Of a stretch of 64,000 nucleotides of DNA, positions 1-12,066 are shown piece by piece. The stretch is from the NCBI GenBank assembly GCA_964016885.1, contig OZ024742.1:174220001-174284000 (forward strand), written 5' to 3'. Origin of the DNA: Eledone cirrhosa. Lineage: Eukaryota. The notes beneath the pieces are model-generated. The model was not told the origin of the DNA and searched no databases. It saw nothing but the letters and a program-made list of their open reading frames with translations. The number at the start of each line of letters is the position of its first letter. The stretch's first letter is position 1. Both the position numbers and the translations under genes were made by a program.

Positions 1-1319
1 ACTTTTAAAAAGCAAATGAAATTCCAAATTGAAATTGATGATTATTATAGCACCTGCCATGAATGGAATTTATCATCATCATAACATTTAATAATTGTTT
101 TTCCCTGCTAGCATGGGTTTGACAGGTTGTCACAGACCAAATCACTACTAACTAGAACTATTGTCCTCTCAGAAGAGTGTACTGGGTGCATTTTATCTTG
201 ATACCAGCACTAGGGAGGCTGCCAAGTACTTGATTTAAGTGAAGAGTTATTTCAATCCTTTGTTTGCCAAGTTTTCTAAGCCAGGATATTTGTACTGGAT
301 CCCTGCATTCTGAGTTCAAATTGTGCAGAGATCAACATACCTTTTCATCATTTTGAGGTCGATAAAGAAAGTACCAGTTCAGCACAGGTACAGCCCTCTA
401 TCCTTCCAGCTGACATATCTTGGATGTCTTCATAGATTATAAGAGGAAGGATTAAAAGGGTGTCTGCTTGGAAGTGTGGCAGCTTCTTCTTCTTCTTCTT
501 GCATATGAGGGCTGAAATTATGTGATGTTCCTTAGGTGTAGTACCCATCTCACAGTAATGGGATTAGGGTATATGTGGTCCATATTCTAAGGTTAGCAGA
601 GATTTATGTCCTCACTCACTATGCTGATCAGTCTGCTCTGGCAAAGCACACTGGCAAGCTGCTGATAGATGCAGCCCTCAGCAGTGTATGGCTGCATTGA
701 ATCAGCTAAAACCTGTGTGTACCCAATTCAAGGACATTCATTCCCGAGGTATGTTAGCACCAGTAGGGAGAACTATTCAGCTAGGTGGGTTGAGTTGTCT
801 GTTGCCAGCTAGCTCTTAATGTCTGCAGCCTGTTGGAATCTGGGTCTAGCAGATTTGCTACATGATAAGAGGAATTGCAGCATAATATCAAGTGTTGTTG
901 TCCAGTAGTTGAGGATACTCAGCTATGTCATCGAGTAGATGACAGGTCTATTGAGGCCTTGAATACCAACCTATGTATGTTATTCTCTTTATTAAGAGGG
1001 CAAGAGCAATGCCTGAAAGTGCAGGGAGATACACATGAGCTTCTTAAACATTTAGCAAAAGCAATACTACAAAATGAATACTACAAGTCATACTTGATTA
1101 TGAGTGACAACATTGGATATTTGTTCTGGGTCTCTACATTCTGTGTTCAACTCCTTCCAAGATCTACTTCGTCTCTCTTCCTGTTGGGGTAGATAAAGAA
1201 GGAACTAACCCAGTGCAGTTGCATCCATTTTTTCTTCAGTTGTCATGTCCTGGATATTTTCCTGGATCAAGTAATGTCAAGAGGGTGTCAGTGTCAGCTT
1301 TCAACTGCCTCGCCTAGCC

Positions 1320-1620
1320 TCATCCCATCCTCATATCCTAGGGTCGGGGGTCATATTCTTATTGACCAACACTCGCCACCTTTTCCTGTCACTTGTCATT
1401 TCCATACATTCTGCCAAACTCCTTCCTTTCCATTCCGTAATATCATCTGTCCATTTCCTTCTTTGCCATCCTCTGGCCCTTTTTCCCTGTATTCGTCCCA
1501 CAAGGATGTATGTAGTCAAATTTTTGGCCCTGATGACAGTCTCCTCTTCCTTACTGTTTCAACCAGCTGTCGATTGGGACCAATCTCTTCCAGGACAGAT
1601 TCATTTGTTCTGTGAGCTTT
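1320..1620 (-). mobile_element. RTE-clade (BovB-like) LINE 3' fragment
   Basis: ORF 1331..1519 (GRIQGKRARGWQRRKWTDDITEW...DRKRWRVLV) matches the RTE C-terminal GKRxRGRxRxRWxD motif. Confidence 0.75.
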
Positions 1621-1889
1621 TCCAGTAAAGGCATAAAACATATTACCAAGTCATACTTGATTGCAAATGATGGCTATAGTAGAAATAGTAATCTTGTTTT
1701 CAGGAGTATGAATTAATATTTACTTCTCTTACATTTATTCTGCATGTGAGAAATCCTCAAACAATAGATTAAACTTATGGAAACTCACACTTATTCTCTG
1801 CTGCAGTTTGGATTATCTCCACAGTAATTATTTCTGTTATATATTGGTTGTCTGTAATTGGCAATATTGCCATTTTTTAATATTGGTTT

Positions 1890-2278
1890 CCCTCTCTCTA
1901 TCTTGCTAGCACTTTATCATATTCTAATCCTCTCTCACACTCTCTTTCTTTTTGTCTCTAGTGCTCTCTCTCTCTCCCTCTCTTTTCCTCTCATTCTCTC
2001 TCTCTAGCTCTTTCTCTGTCCCTACATCATATTCTAACTCTCACACTCTCTTTTTCCCCTCTCTCTCTCTCTCTCTCTCTTTCTCTCTGTCTCTCTATAG
2101 CTTCCTTTCTCTTGCTCTGTCCCTACATCATATTCTAGTTGTCACTCTCTCGTTCACTCCCTCTCTCTAGCTCTCTCTTTCTCCTTCCATCTTTCTCTAG
2201 TTCACAATAGCTCTTCCTCACACACTCTCACACACATTCTAGCTCCCTTTTTCTCTAATCCTTTATCTCTAGCTCCCC

Positions 2279-2325
<47 letters not shown>
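1890..2325. repeat. CT-rich low-complexity tract ending in (CT)n(TA)n
   Basis: Directly visible. Confidence 0.9.
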
Positions 2326-2326
<1 letters not shown>

Positions 2327-2827
2327 AGTTCATCCTCCCAACTCATTTTCTATCTCTTTGCACCATTGCCTTTTGATTATTGTCCTCTCTATGTCCCACT
2401 ACTTATAATTTATTTTATTCGCCCCCCCCCCCCCCCCATATATCCATATCTTTCTATATTTCTATCTGTCATCCTCTATCTCTATATCTCTATTACCAAT
2501 CCCTTTACTGTGTGTACTGGAAACATTTTATTGCTATGTACAGCCCAGGTTTTAGTATTGGTACACTGTATTGCTGTGTTGTATGAGTTGACTAAAAGAT
2601 TTGGCATCAGGAAGAGCATCCAACTGGAAAACATTATCTCAAAACAACATGTCTAAGCCAGACTTGCATGGAAATGTGGGTATAAAGATGATAACAATAT
2701 CCTTGAAACGATGAAAGGCAATGCTGCCTTCAAGAGGTTTGAACACAGAAAAAATGAGCCAAAATAAATAATACAAAACATTTTGTCTGATAATCTGACA
2801 ATTCTGGTGATCCATTAAGAATGATTC

Positions 2828-3040
2828 TTTCTAGCATCAGCATAGGGTCAGCTATTTGGGGGAAGGGGAAAGTCAATTATATTGACAACATTATTTGACT
2901 TGATCTATATTTGATCAACCTCAGAAGGGTAAAATACAATGGTGACCTTGGTGGGGATTTGAACTCAGCATGTAAAGAGCCATAACAAATATCTCTATGC
3001 ATTTGTCTTACACTCTAATAATTCAGGCAATCCGGCACCT
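2828..3040 (-). mobile_element. Old diverged tRNA-derived SINE (Meta-domain-like family)
   Basis: Reverse complement has the B-box TGAGTTCAAATCCC and a body resembling the copy at 38944. Confidence 0.65.
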
Positions 3041-3211
3041 TTAATTCTCTAAATATATTTCTAGAGAAAGTACATATTTATATATATATTTTATATAGAA
3101 ATGACTTCTATGGAATTAGAACTGTTTCATTCATTTAAAATCAGCAGAAAATCCAGAAGATTTCAAACAAAGGAAACTCATCTAGTCTTGTGAAAGTTAT
3201 TTCTGTATTAA

Positions 3212-3259
<48 letters not shown>

Positions 3260-3269
<10 letters not shown>

Positions 3270-5176
3270 GAAAAATTGAACAGGGACAGAACAGAGAGGC
3301 AGTACGATAAATGTTTATTAAATTCACGCTCAGGAGAGTGGGGGGTAGGTGGGGGACATCAATCTGCGATGAAATTACTTGAGGGGACTTTTCTTGTGTT
3401 TACGTCTCAGATCTGTTGGCGGTGGATGGTCATTCTTTTGTGTAATGGTACACCTGTCTGTCCTATGTAGTTTACGTAGATCAGGTTCTCTGAGTTGCAA
3501 GTGAGGTTATATATATATACAGAGAGAGAGAAAGAAAAGTGGAAGTTGGAAATAGCACGGAAAATATATTTTAGGGTCTGTTATTCTTTTTTTTTTCTTT
3601 TCTTTGATTCGTCAAAGTCACATTATTGAAAAAATGAGAGGGACAATTCTTTAAAAAGAGAGTTTTATAATGTATATAAAGTATTACCAGTTTCAATGTA
3701 TTAGTAAAATTCATTTTATCAAATGTTGAGTATTACAATTACAAAGAATTAATAAGAATTAAAAACTAAAAATTAAAGATTTAAAATTAAGTGGTAAGTT
3801 TTTTTTCATCTTCCTTGTTGAGAAGGCGACTAGAAAATGAACTCTTGTATATAGAGATAGAGGTGTAGTCATACAGTAGCAGCAGCAGTGGCGGTAGGGG
3901 TGTTTCTTCACAGAAAATATTCTGTAAATATGTGTGTATATCTCAATTGTGTTGATGGACTGGTCAAGAGTTCAGATGGTTGTGGTGAAATGTGGGGGGA
4001 ATTGTAAGCTAAAGACAAATTCTATGGGATAGGCAACAGTATGGTTGTAAAAGAAATTCTATTTTAAGAAAATGGTTTTTGAGAGTGTATATATAAAAAA
4101 ATACACACATGTGTGTGATGGTGGTGGGGGGTGTTTAGTCTGCCTGTCATAGGTCCCTTTTGTGTGGGAAATAAAAACAAAGCACCAGTCTTGGCTTTCA
4201 ACCAGGAATTTTTGGAAAATATGTATATGAGCAATTTTTCTCTTATTTTATGATGTTTACGTGTGTGTGTGTGTGGGGGGGGGGGGTGTAATGGGGGGAT
4301 TACATATTTAATTTTGGCTTATATATGTTAATAAATAGATTTTCTTTATTCTTTGTTGTGGAGTGAAAGAATCGGGGCACTTGTAAAGAGGGTAGATTTT
4401 AAAGTTAGGTAGGGTCATTCCTGCATCAATCTGCAATGAAATTACTTGAGGGGACTTTTCTTGTGTTTACGTCTCAGATCTGTTGGCGGTGGATGGTCAT
4501 TCTTTTGTGTAATGGTACACCTGTCTGTCCTATGTAGTTTACGTAGATCAGGTTCTCTGAGTTGCAAGTGAGGTTATTTTTTACTGTGAAAGTTTGGCCA
4601 TCTTTAAACATGAATGTTTGTCCTTTACCAATTCCATAGAATTTGTCTCTAGCTTACAATTACCCCCTTTGCCAATTTGAAATCTAAACCAGTCCATTAA
4701 CACAATTGAGTTATACACACATATTTACAGAATATTTCCTTTGTCCCTAAAAACAATTTTGTTCTGTGAAGAAACACACCTACCACCACTGCCACTGATA
4801 TTTTATGACTACACCTCTCTCTCTATACACAAGATTTCATTTTCCAGTCTCCTTCTCAGGAAGGAAGATGAAAAAAACTTACCTCTTAATGTTAAATCTT
4901 TAATTTTTAGTTTTTAATTCTTATTAATTCTTTGTAATTGTAATACTCAACATTTGATAAGATGAATTTTACTAATACATTGAAACTGGTAATACTTTAT
5001 ATACATTATAAAACTCTCTTTTTAAAGAATTTTCCCTCTCATTTTTTCAATAATATCACTTTGATGAATCAAAGAAAGCTAAAAAGGAAAAACATATCCT
5101 AAAATATATTTTCCATGCTATTTCAAACTTCACCTTTTCTCTATAACCACTACTATGTATAGAACCTTACTTCCCT

Positions 5177-5180
<4 letters not shown>
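3260..5180 (-). mobile_element. Penelope-like element remnant (GIY-YIG fragment) with inverted terminal arms
   Basis: Minus strand of 4424-4630 reads GQTFMFKDGQTFTVK/NLTCNSENLIYV-NYIGQTGVPLHKRMTIHRQQI (GIY-YIG). ~3527-4030 is an inverted copy of ~4631-5143. (TA)n lies on both sides. Confidence 0.75.
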
Positions 5181-5212
<32 letters not shown>

Positions 5213-5239
5213 TCATACACACACACACATACGTGCATG

Positions 5240-5270
<31 letters not shown>

Positions 5271-5517
5271 GCAGTGGTGGATTGTGTCTAAACATATTGG
5301 TTGTAAAAAAAGCTCTTAAAACAGCAAAATGGCATCAGTTACAGTGTTGGGTAAATTTACCTGAAAGGACAGAAATCAGCAGCTAGAACTTTGTTGGTCA
5401 GTAGAAGTGATTAGAAGGAAGGAGAAAAAGAAGAAAATGGACGAGACAAGATCAAAAATCATTTTTATATACCTTATCAACTCTTAGAGCAACTATAGTT
5501 TTACACAATTTAACTTA

Positions 5518-5568
<51 letters not shown>

Positions 5569-5572
<4 letters not shown>

Positions 5573-6056
5573 AAACCTGGGACGAGCTGATAAACTCTGA
5601 CCTCACACACTTACACCTCTCCAAGACAATGTCACTGGACCGAGACCTTTGGCGGTACTCAGTAACAGAGAAGACCCGCCTTGCCAGTAGGCATCTCTAA
5701 CAAAATACACCCCGTCCAGCCACCACCCCCACCCCATCCACACCACCCCGTTCTATGTAAAGTTATGTTGGTGCCGCGCCATCCAGGCCGAAACAAATGA
5801 GATCGTGTAGGTGTCACGACAAAAAAACACACAGTCCACGCTGTAATGTGGCCGTGTAGGCAACACGGTAAAAACCTCCCAGACCCACACTGTAAATGTG
5901 GTTGGTGTTAGGATGGGCATCCAACTGTAGAAAACCTGCCAGACAGTCCTATGCGAGCAAGACAATCACTCTTGCCTCAAGTGGGACTACCCCCGTCCAA
6001 ACCCATGCAAGCGTGGAACACGGACGTTAAACGTTGAGGATGATGATGATGATGAT
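5569..6056 (+). mobile_element. RTE LINE 3' end (5'-truncated) with (GAT)n tail
   Basis: Closely matches the 3' ends at 26521-27040 (-) and 37310-37813 (+); ends GGACGTTAAACG..GATGATGAT; flanked by TA repeats. Confidence 0.85.
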
Positions 6057-6625
6057 ATATATAAGTGTATGTATGTAGCTACTAAATGTAGGCTACACTT
6101 TTACACCCATGTAAATAAAATCGTATATATAACAAATTTTGATGGTGGAGTTTCTATTCTATGTAGTAACGCTTTCTGGTATTTCTCCTTTTTAATTCCA
6201 GACAGAAAAACAGAATATTCTATCTCTTCAAGCATTCCAATAGACACTGGAAAAAGTGTCTGATTAGAAATATAATTCAATTAAAGTAATTATGCAAATT
6301 AGTACAGTTTTAAGAAAAAAAAATCATGCTTTCCAGGGATATTTTTTTAAAACAATGTAAAATTATATTCTAGTTTCTATAGTTTATAGTTTATTTTTTG
6401 CATACATCAAAGAAGCACAGTTTGAACTATCTTCTGGGTGGTTTAAATGCAACAATTCTCATTGAATCAATATCCTCAAGTTAACTGAAGATTGTAAACC
6501 TATTTTCTTTTTACAGTAATTTATCCAAACTATAGTAAATTCATGTGATTAAGTGTGTTTTAGATTTTTATAAACCTAGGAAGGCTGGATATAACATCAA
6601 TATAATCAAAAACATTTTGATAATC

Positions 6626-6900
6626 TTAACCCTTTCATTAACAAATTTTTAATAAAAGTGATTATATGTGATTTTCAAATCATTTTGAAAATAATGAAGA
6701 ATTTTGAGGGATTTACTAATCAAAATTTAACATTATTTGGAACAAAACATAATAAAGTTTCATGCATAATATTATAATAGAAGTTTTTTAGATAAATATA
6801 AATTGCTTTAAAACAAAGAGTTTTGTATCATAAAGGCAATGACAGTTTAAGGACAATATATTTGAGACAGGTTTTCTATGGTCCAATGACATTTTTTATG
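6626..6900. mobile_element. Degenerate piggyBac-type MITE (TTAACCCTTTCATTA end)
   Basis: TTAA+CCCTTTCATTA at 6626; the reverse-complement end TAATGAAAGGGTTAA occurs at ~12997 and ~31934. Confidence 0.45.
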
Positions 6901-7251
6901 ACAACCCATGTATATACAAAATGCTAAGCTGCAGGACATATGCAATGTATATATATACACATAGCATTTTTTTTATAAACATTTCTAAATGATGTTTTGT
7001 AGTAACATGTATAAACACACACTCACACATAAATATATGACAAGCATTGTTTTCATTTTCAACTACCAAATTCCCACACAATGCATTAGTTGGTCTGGGG
7101 TAGAAGAGTAAAGATGAAGTGAGTGTTATATAGTGTGTGCGTTCAATTGGCAAAATGATATATATATAACAATATCGGTTTTGACACACGATTTCAAATC
7201 AAGATCCTTGTTGAACGAATACATAAATGTATATATATATATATATATATA

Positions 7252-7796
7252 TATAAGTATGTACATGTACATACATAGATGTATACAGACGTACAGTAGT
7301 ATGTATATATATATACATACATGCACACATATATATATGTACGTATGGATTCACCGAACATTTATTATAATGCTCGGTGTGTTTGTAAACAAACATCCCG
7401 TATTAAGCCCTAGTGTCCAGCAACCATCGTTGCTTGTTTGTTCAACACTGTACTAGTTTCAAGGTAGTTTCAACGCTGTACTAGTTTCAAGCTTATTAGC
7501 TATCGTCAGTAACGTATACCTTCCATACCAATCTGGCGGCAGGAAGGTAAATGTTGCTGACGATAGCTAATAAGCTTGAAACTAGTACAGCGTTCCTTTG
7601 TCAGTGTTGAACAAACGAGCAACGATGGTTGCTGGACACTACGGCTTAATACGGGATGTTTGTTTACAAACACACCAAGCATTATAATAAATGTTCGGTG
7701 AATCCATACGTACATATATATATGTGTGCATGTATGTATATATATATACATACTACTGTACGTCTGTATACATATATGTATGTGTACATACTTATA
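7252..7796. mobile_element. Non-coding fold-back element (~260-bp inverted arms, 17-nt spacer), probably Penelope pLTR-derived
   Basis: 7252-7524 is the reverse complement of 7542-7796 apart from one rearranged patch near 7450-7472; hammerhead motif in each arm; TA-rich flanks. Confidence 0.8.
7551..7593 (+). ncRNA. Minimal type-I hammerhead ribozyme
   Basis: ATGTTG-CTGACGA-tAGCT aata AGCTt-GAA-ACTAGT-A-CAGCGT: stem I 6 bp with wobbles, stem II, palindromic stem III, GUA site. Mirror copy on minus strand at 7473-7515. Confidence 0.75.
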
Positions 7797-8418
7797 TTTA
7801 AGTAACAGCTGTACTAAAAGTGGGAAATGAAATTTTGTTTCATTTTTTCCGTTTATATATATATATATATATAGGAGGAAATTGTAGTTTACTTGAAGCA
7901 TTGCATAATGAGGTATACATGTTTGGAGTTGGAAGGCCAAAACAATGCAGGTATGGATTTAGAATATAAATACAAATGCAAACTATATTGTTGACAATTA
8001 GTCTTTTACCTTAAATTTATTTATATATCTTTAATTTTCGAGATAATATCTCTTCTTCGGAGGGAAGTAAAGGGGTTAATCCAGTGTTCTTATTAGTTTG
8101 CCAAATCATGCTGACAGGAAATGGTATAGAGATTCCATTCTATTTCTAATGTCAAAGAGTGAAGATTAGGTGGATAAAGAGTTGTCTCCCTTTAAAAGGT
8201 GTTTTGTACATGTATGTTTAAGTGTGTGAGAGAATACGTGAAGGTGTAAGTATGCGCGTGTGTGTGAGTGTAAGAGGATATGTCTATATGTAAATGTGAG
8301 GGCTAGATGCTCTATCATGTTAAAACTGGTCTTTGTGTGTTTATGTGTGTGTGTAAGAGAGAGTAAGTGGAGGTGTGTGTGTGTGTGTGCGTGTGAGAGG
8401 GGGTACTTATTTATAATG

Positions 8419-8450
<32 letters not shown>

Positions 8451-8669
8451 CATTATAAATAATTTTTCAATACAAATGTTTGATACCTAAGGTTTCAAAC
8501 TCCAACTTTGGCTTTGTACATTCCATAGAAAGCTCTTATTATTTGATCTATTCTTCAGAAACTTTTGGCTCTCTATATATATATTTATATATAAGATGTA
8601 GTAGGATCACAGGCAGGCTATCAAAGAATGTAGGTTTTATATGTGGCTGATGCTCAGGTGCAGTAAGTA

Positions 8670-9686
8670 GCAAGTGACCACAGATTACCAGCTCCTTCAA
8701 TTGCCCAGATGGTTCTATAGAAAAGTCAACACTTTCTGTTACCTGGGTGATGAAATCAGCAGTGGAGTAGGGTGTTCTGAAAGTGCAGTAGCCAGAATAA
8801 AAATGGGGTAGAAAAAGGTCAGAGAAATGATACTGTTGTTAGCCTCAAGTTTCTCTCTAAAAATGAAAGGCAACTTGTATGATACTTATATATAAACAGC
8901 AATGTTACATGGTAGTGAGACCTGGGCACTGTGTGCAGATTAGAAAAAAATGACGCATCCATGCTCCGATGGATGTGTATTAGTAATATACACAAGTGTC
9001 AATGTGTAAATGAACTAAGTGAGAAATTAGGCATAAGAGAGATCAGATGCAGTATACTAGAAAGGAGATTGTGTTGGTATAATCATGTGATATGTATGAA
9101 AGACAAAAGCTGTATAAAAAGGTACAAGGTGATCAAAATTGAAGGGAGCTATGGACTAGGAAGACCCAGGAAGTCCTGCAACGTAGTGATAGAAGCTTAC
9201 CTTGCACAATTGCACCTCTCGAAGACAATGACACAGGATGAAGACCTTTGGCATTATGCAGTAATACAGAAAACCCACCTCCCCTTGCACACAAACTCAG
9301 GCACCTCTTATTCTACCTTACCCACTTCCATATACCCCCACATCCTTAGACAACCTTTCCACTTCTGCCCACATCACCCTTACACTGTAAAGTGGTTGTG
9401 TAGGTATTACAACAAAAAGGACCCAGCCCACACTGTAAAGTGGTCGTGTAGGTGTCATAACTAAAAGCACCCAGCCAGCACTGTAAAGTGGTCATGTATG
9501 AGACATGATAAAATGCACCCAGCACATTTTAAATGTGGTTGGCATTAGGAAGGGCATCAAGCCAGAAACAGTCCTATATTAACAAGCCATGGTCATCTGC
9601 CCCAACTTGCCTCTAAATGGGACAAACCCGTCTAACTCATACTAGCATGGAAAATAAATGTTAAACAATGATGACGATGATGAGGA
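8670..9686 (+). mobile_element. RTE LINE 3' portion, degenerate
   Basis: ORF 8931..9464 (MLRWMC..RRLCWYNHV..GRPRKS); upstream LHGSETW; 3' UTR with GGAAGGGCATC module and (GAT)n tail. Confidence 0.85.
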
Positions 9687-9699
9687 TATATATATATAT

Positions 9700-10140
9700 C
9701 TTCTTGTCTTCTGGAGTCATCCATCCATTGAATGGAAAGCATGCACACATTTCTTTTTTTAGACATCCCAATCCCTCATCGCAGTAAGAACATCCAATCC
9801 AGTGAGACCTGTGTCCTGATGGTTATGGTTCGACATCCTACTTGACGCATTGCATCCGGTGATCAGAGAATTAGTTTCACTCCAGGTTCACTATGGCAGG
9901 AAACATGACCACCGAGAACAAAACGACAGGATCGAACTTTCAATGAAACTCATGACAGATCACCATAAAGAGCTTTGTTAGTAGTGTGACATTGCTAGGA
10001 AATGTTGAACACCACACATAATATTTTGATGTATGAATCATCAAGTCTCCTTGAGCGAGCGACACTGGGAGTCCAGGATTCTGAAGCATAAGTAAGATGA
10101 ATTTGGCCTTTCGTCCAATCTCTGTGCTTACTTATGATGG
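9700..10140 (-). mobile_element. RTE-X-like LINE RT C-terminal fragment
   Basis: ORF 9995..10294 LTYASESWT..RRLD..Y.KIL..VFNIS, continuing HTTNKALYGDL..GGHV. Confidence 0.6.
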
Positions 10141-10591
10141 TAATAAAAATAGCATATAACCTGCAGTGAACAAACAAACAACATTGTTGCCAAACACAGT
10201 TCAGTTGTACATTGGGGACTTCCATGCTGACTGAGATTTCCCAGAATAAACTTAATGTAATATAATAAAAATGCTTCAGATCATTTAATTGCAAACTTAA
10301 ATAATGTATTCATACATTCAAAATATAATAGATCTACTTATAAGAATTGAATCACCTCTGATAACCAGGACAAAGACTATTACCCTTTCACCAACAAATA
10401 TATATACATGCATGTATGTATAAGTATATATATATATATATATAAAAGATACAGAAGTGAAAACCAACCAAACAGTGAGTGTGTTCTGTTATTGTTTCTG
10501 GCAATATTATTACAACAATATGATCCTCCCCAAGTATAACAATATATATATATATATATTTACATATATATATACATATATATATGTTTAC

Positions 10592-10621
<30 letters not shown>

Positions 10622-10624
<3 letters not shown>

Positions 10625-11180
10625 TCAATTTTGAATAAGCTGAGAATCAGCTTAATAGAGAAATGTCAAAAAGTTTTAAAGCTCATTGTATGGGTACAAT
10701 CTGGAAATATTTAATTTCCCATATACTTGTATCTGACTAAAAAAATAAATTTTGTTAATTTTTACAGTTTGTGAAATGTACATAAAACAAATAAAATGAT
10801 TAAGTTTTCTTATATATATCATCATCATCATCATCATTTTACGTCCGCTTTTCCCTGCTTGCAAGGGTGGGACGGAAACTGATTCTGGCTTGATTTCTAC
10901 AGCTGGATGCAGTGAGTGCTGGATGCTTTTTTTCCGTGGCGCCTACGCATCCACCTTACAGTATGGGCTGGGTGCTTTTTTGCCGTGGCACCTCCACGAC
11001 CACTTTGCAGTGGAATGATAGGGACCCCAGTCCTATCATCTCATTTCTACAGCTGAGTAAACTGGAGCAATGTGAAATAAATTGTCTTGCTCAAGGACAC
11101 AACACATCACCTGGTCCGAGAATTGAACTCACAACCTTTCAATTGCAAGGCCAATGCTCTAACCACTAAGCCGTGTGCAT

Positions 11181-11223
<43 letters not shown>

Positions 11224-11241
11224 TGTGTGTGTTTATGTATG

Positions 11242-11294
<53 letters not shown>

Positions 11295-11585
11295 GTGTGT
11301 ATATGTGTATACATACACACACATATATATATATATACATATATATGTATATATATATATATATATATAGATATATAGATATATAAACAATGGTTTAAGA
11401 AAATTAAATATTTTATTTGTTTTATGTACATTTCACACACTGTAAAAATTAACAAAAATTAATTTTTTAGTCAGATACAAGTATATGGGAAATTAAATAT
11501 TTCCAGATTGTACACATACAATGAGCTTTAAAACTTCTTGACATTTCTCTATTAAGCTGATTCTCAGCTGATTCAAAATTGATAT
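10622..11585. repeat. Inverted repeat with ~190-bp AT-rich arms (10622-10812 / 11396-11585) enclosing a SINE and a microsatellite
   Basis: ATATCAATTTTGAATAAGCTGAGAATCAGCTTAATAGAGAAATGTCAA... is the reverse complement of the segment ending at 11585. Confidence 0.85.
10818..11181 (-). mobile_element. Composite SINE: tRNA head + CORE-like body + RTE-derived tail
   Basis: Reverse complement: GGCTTAGTGGTTAGAGC (A box), GAGTTCAATTC (B box), CCTTGAGCAAGAC, then CATCCAGCTGTAGAAA..GGACGTAAAATGATGATG. Confidence 0.8.
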
Positions 11586-11710
11586 ATATGTATATATATA
11601 TATAATAAATATAATAATAAATAATATTTGCTCTACGAGTTTTATATATATATATATATAAAACTTATCAAGCCCTCTTCAGATTTTAATCTTCATATTC
11701 ATAATTACTA

Positions 11711-11751
<41 letters not shown>

Positions 11752-11881
11752 GTTGATCTATATATGATATCTTTATTATATATAAATATATATATACTTT
11801 GTAATACAAATAGAAGCATTGCTGTAACATTGATACTTGTGCTGATACCCATCTTTTTCCATTTATATGCTTCATTATTAG

Positions 11882-12066
11882 ACGGTGGGTTGGCAGTATC
11901 GGTATAGGGTCGGACGCCATGCTTTCCAGCATAGTTACGTCCCTTTACGATCTGAGTTCAAATCCCGTCGAGGTTGACTTTGCCTTTCATCCTTACGGGG
12001 TCGATAAAATAATGTACCAGTAATGAACTGGGTAATTGCTGGCCTTGTGCCTAAAGTAGAAACAAT
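11882..12066 (+). mobile_element. tRNA-derived SINE (Meta-domain-like), young copy
   Basis: A box TGGCAGTATCGG, B box GAGTTCAAATCCC, body GCCTTTCATCCTTACGGGGTCGATAAAAT; TSD ATTATTAGAC at 11874 and 12065. Confidence 0.85.

Noticed and set aside
8480-8565. CTGAAGA...GAAACCTTAGGTA on the minus strand
   Set aside because: No stem I and an implausibly long, unpaired stem II region
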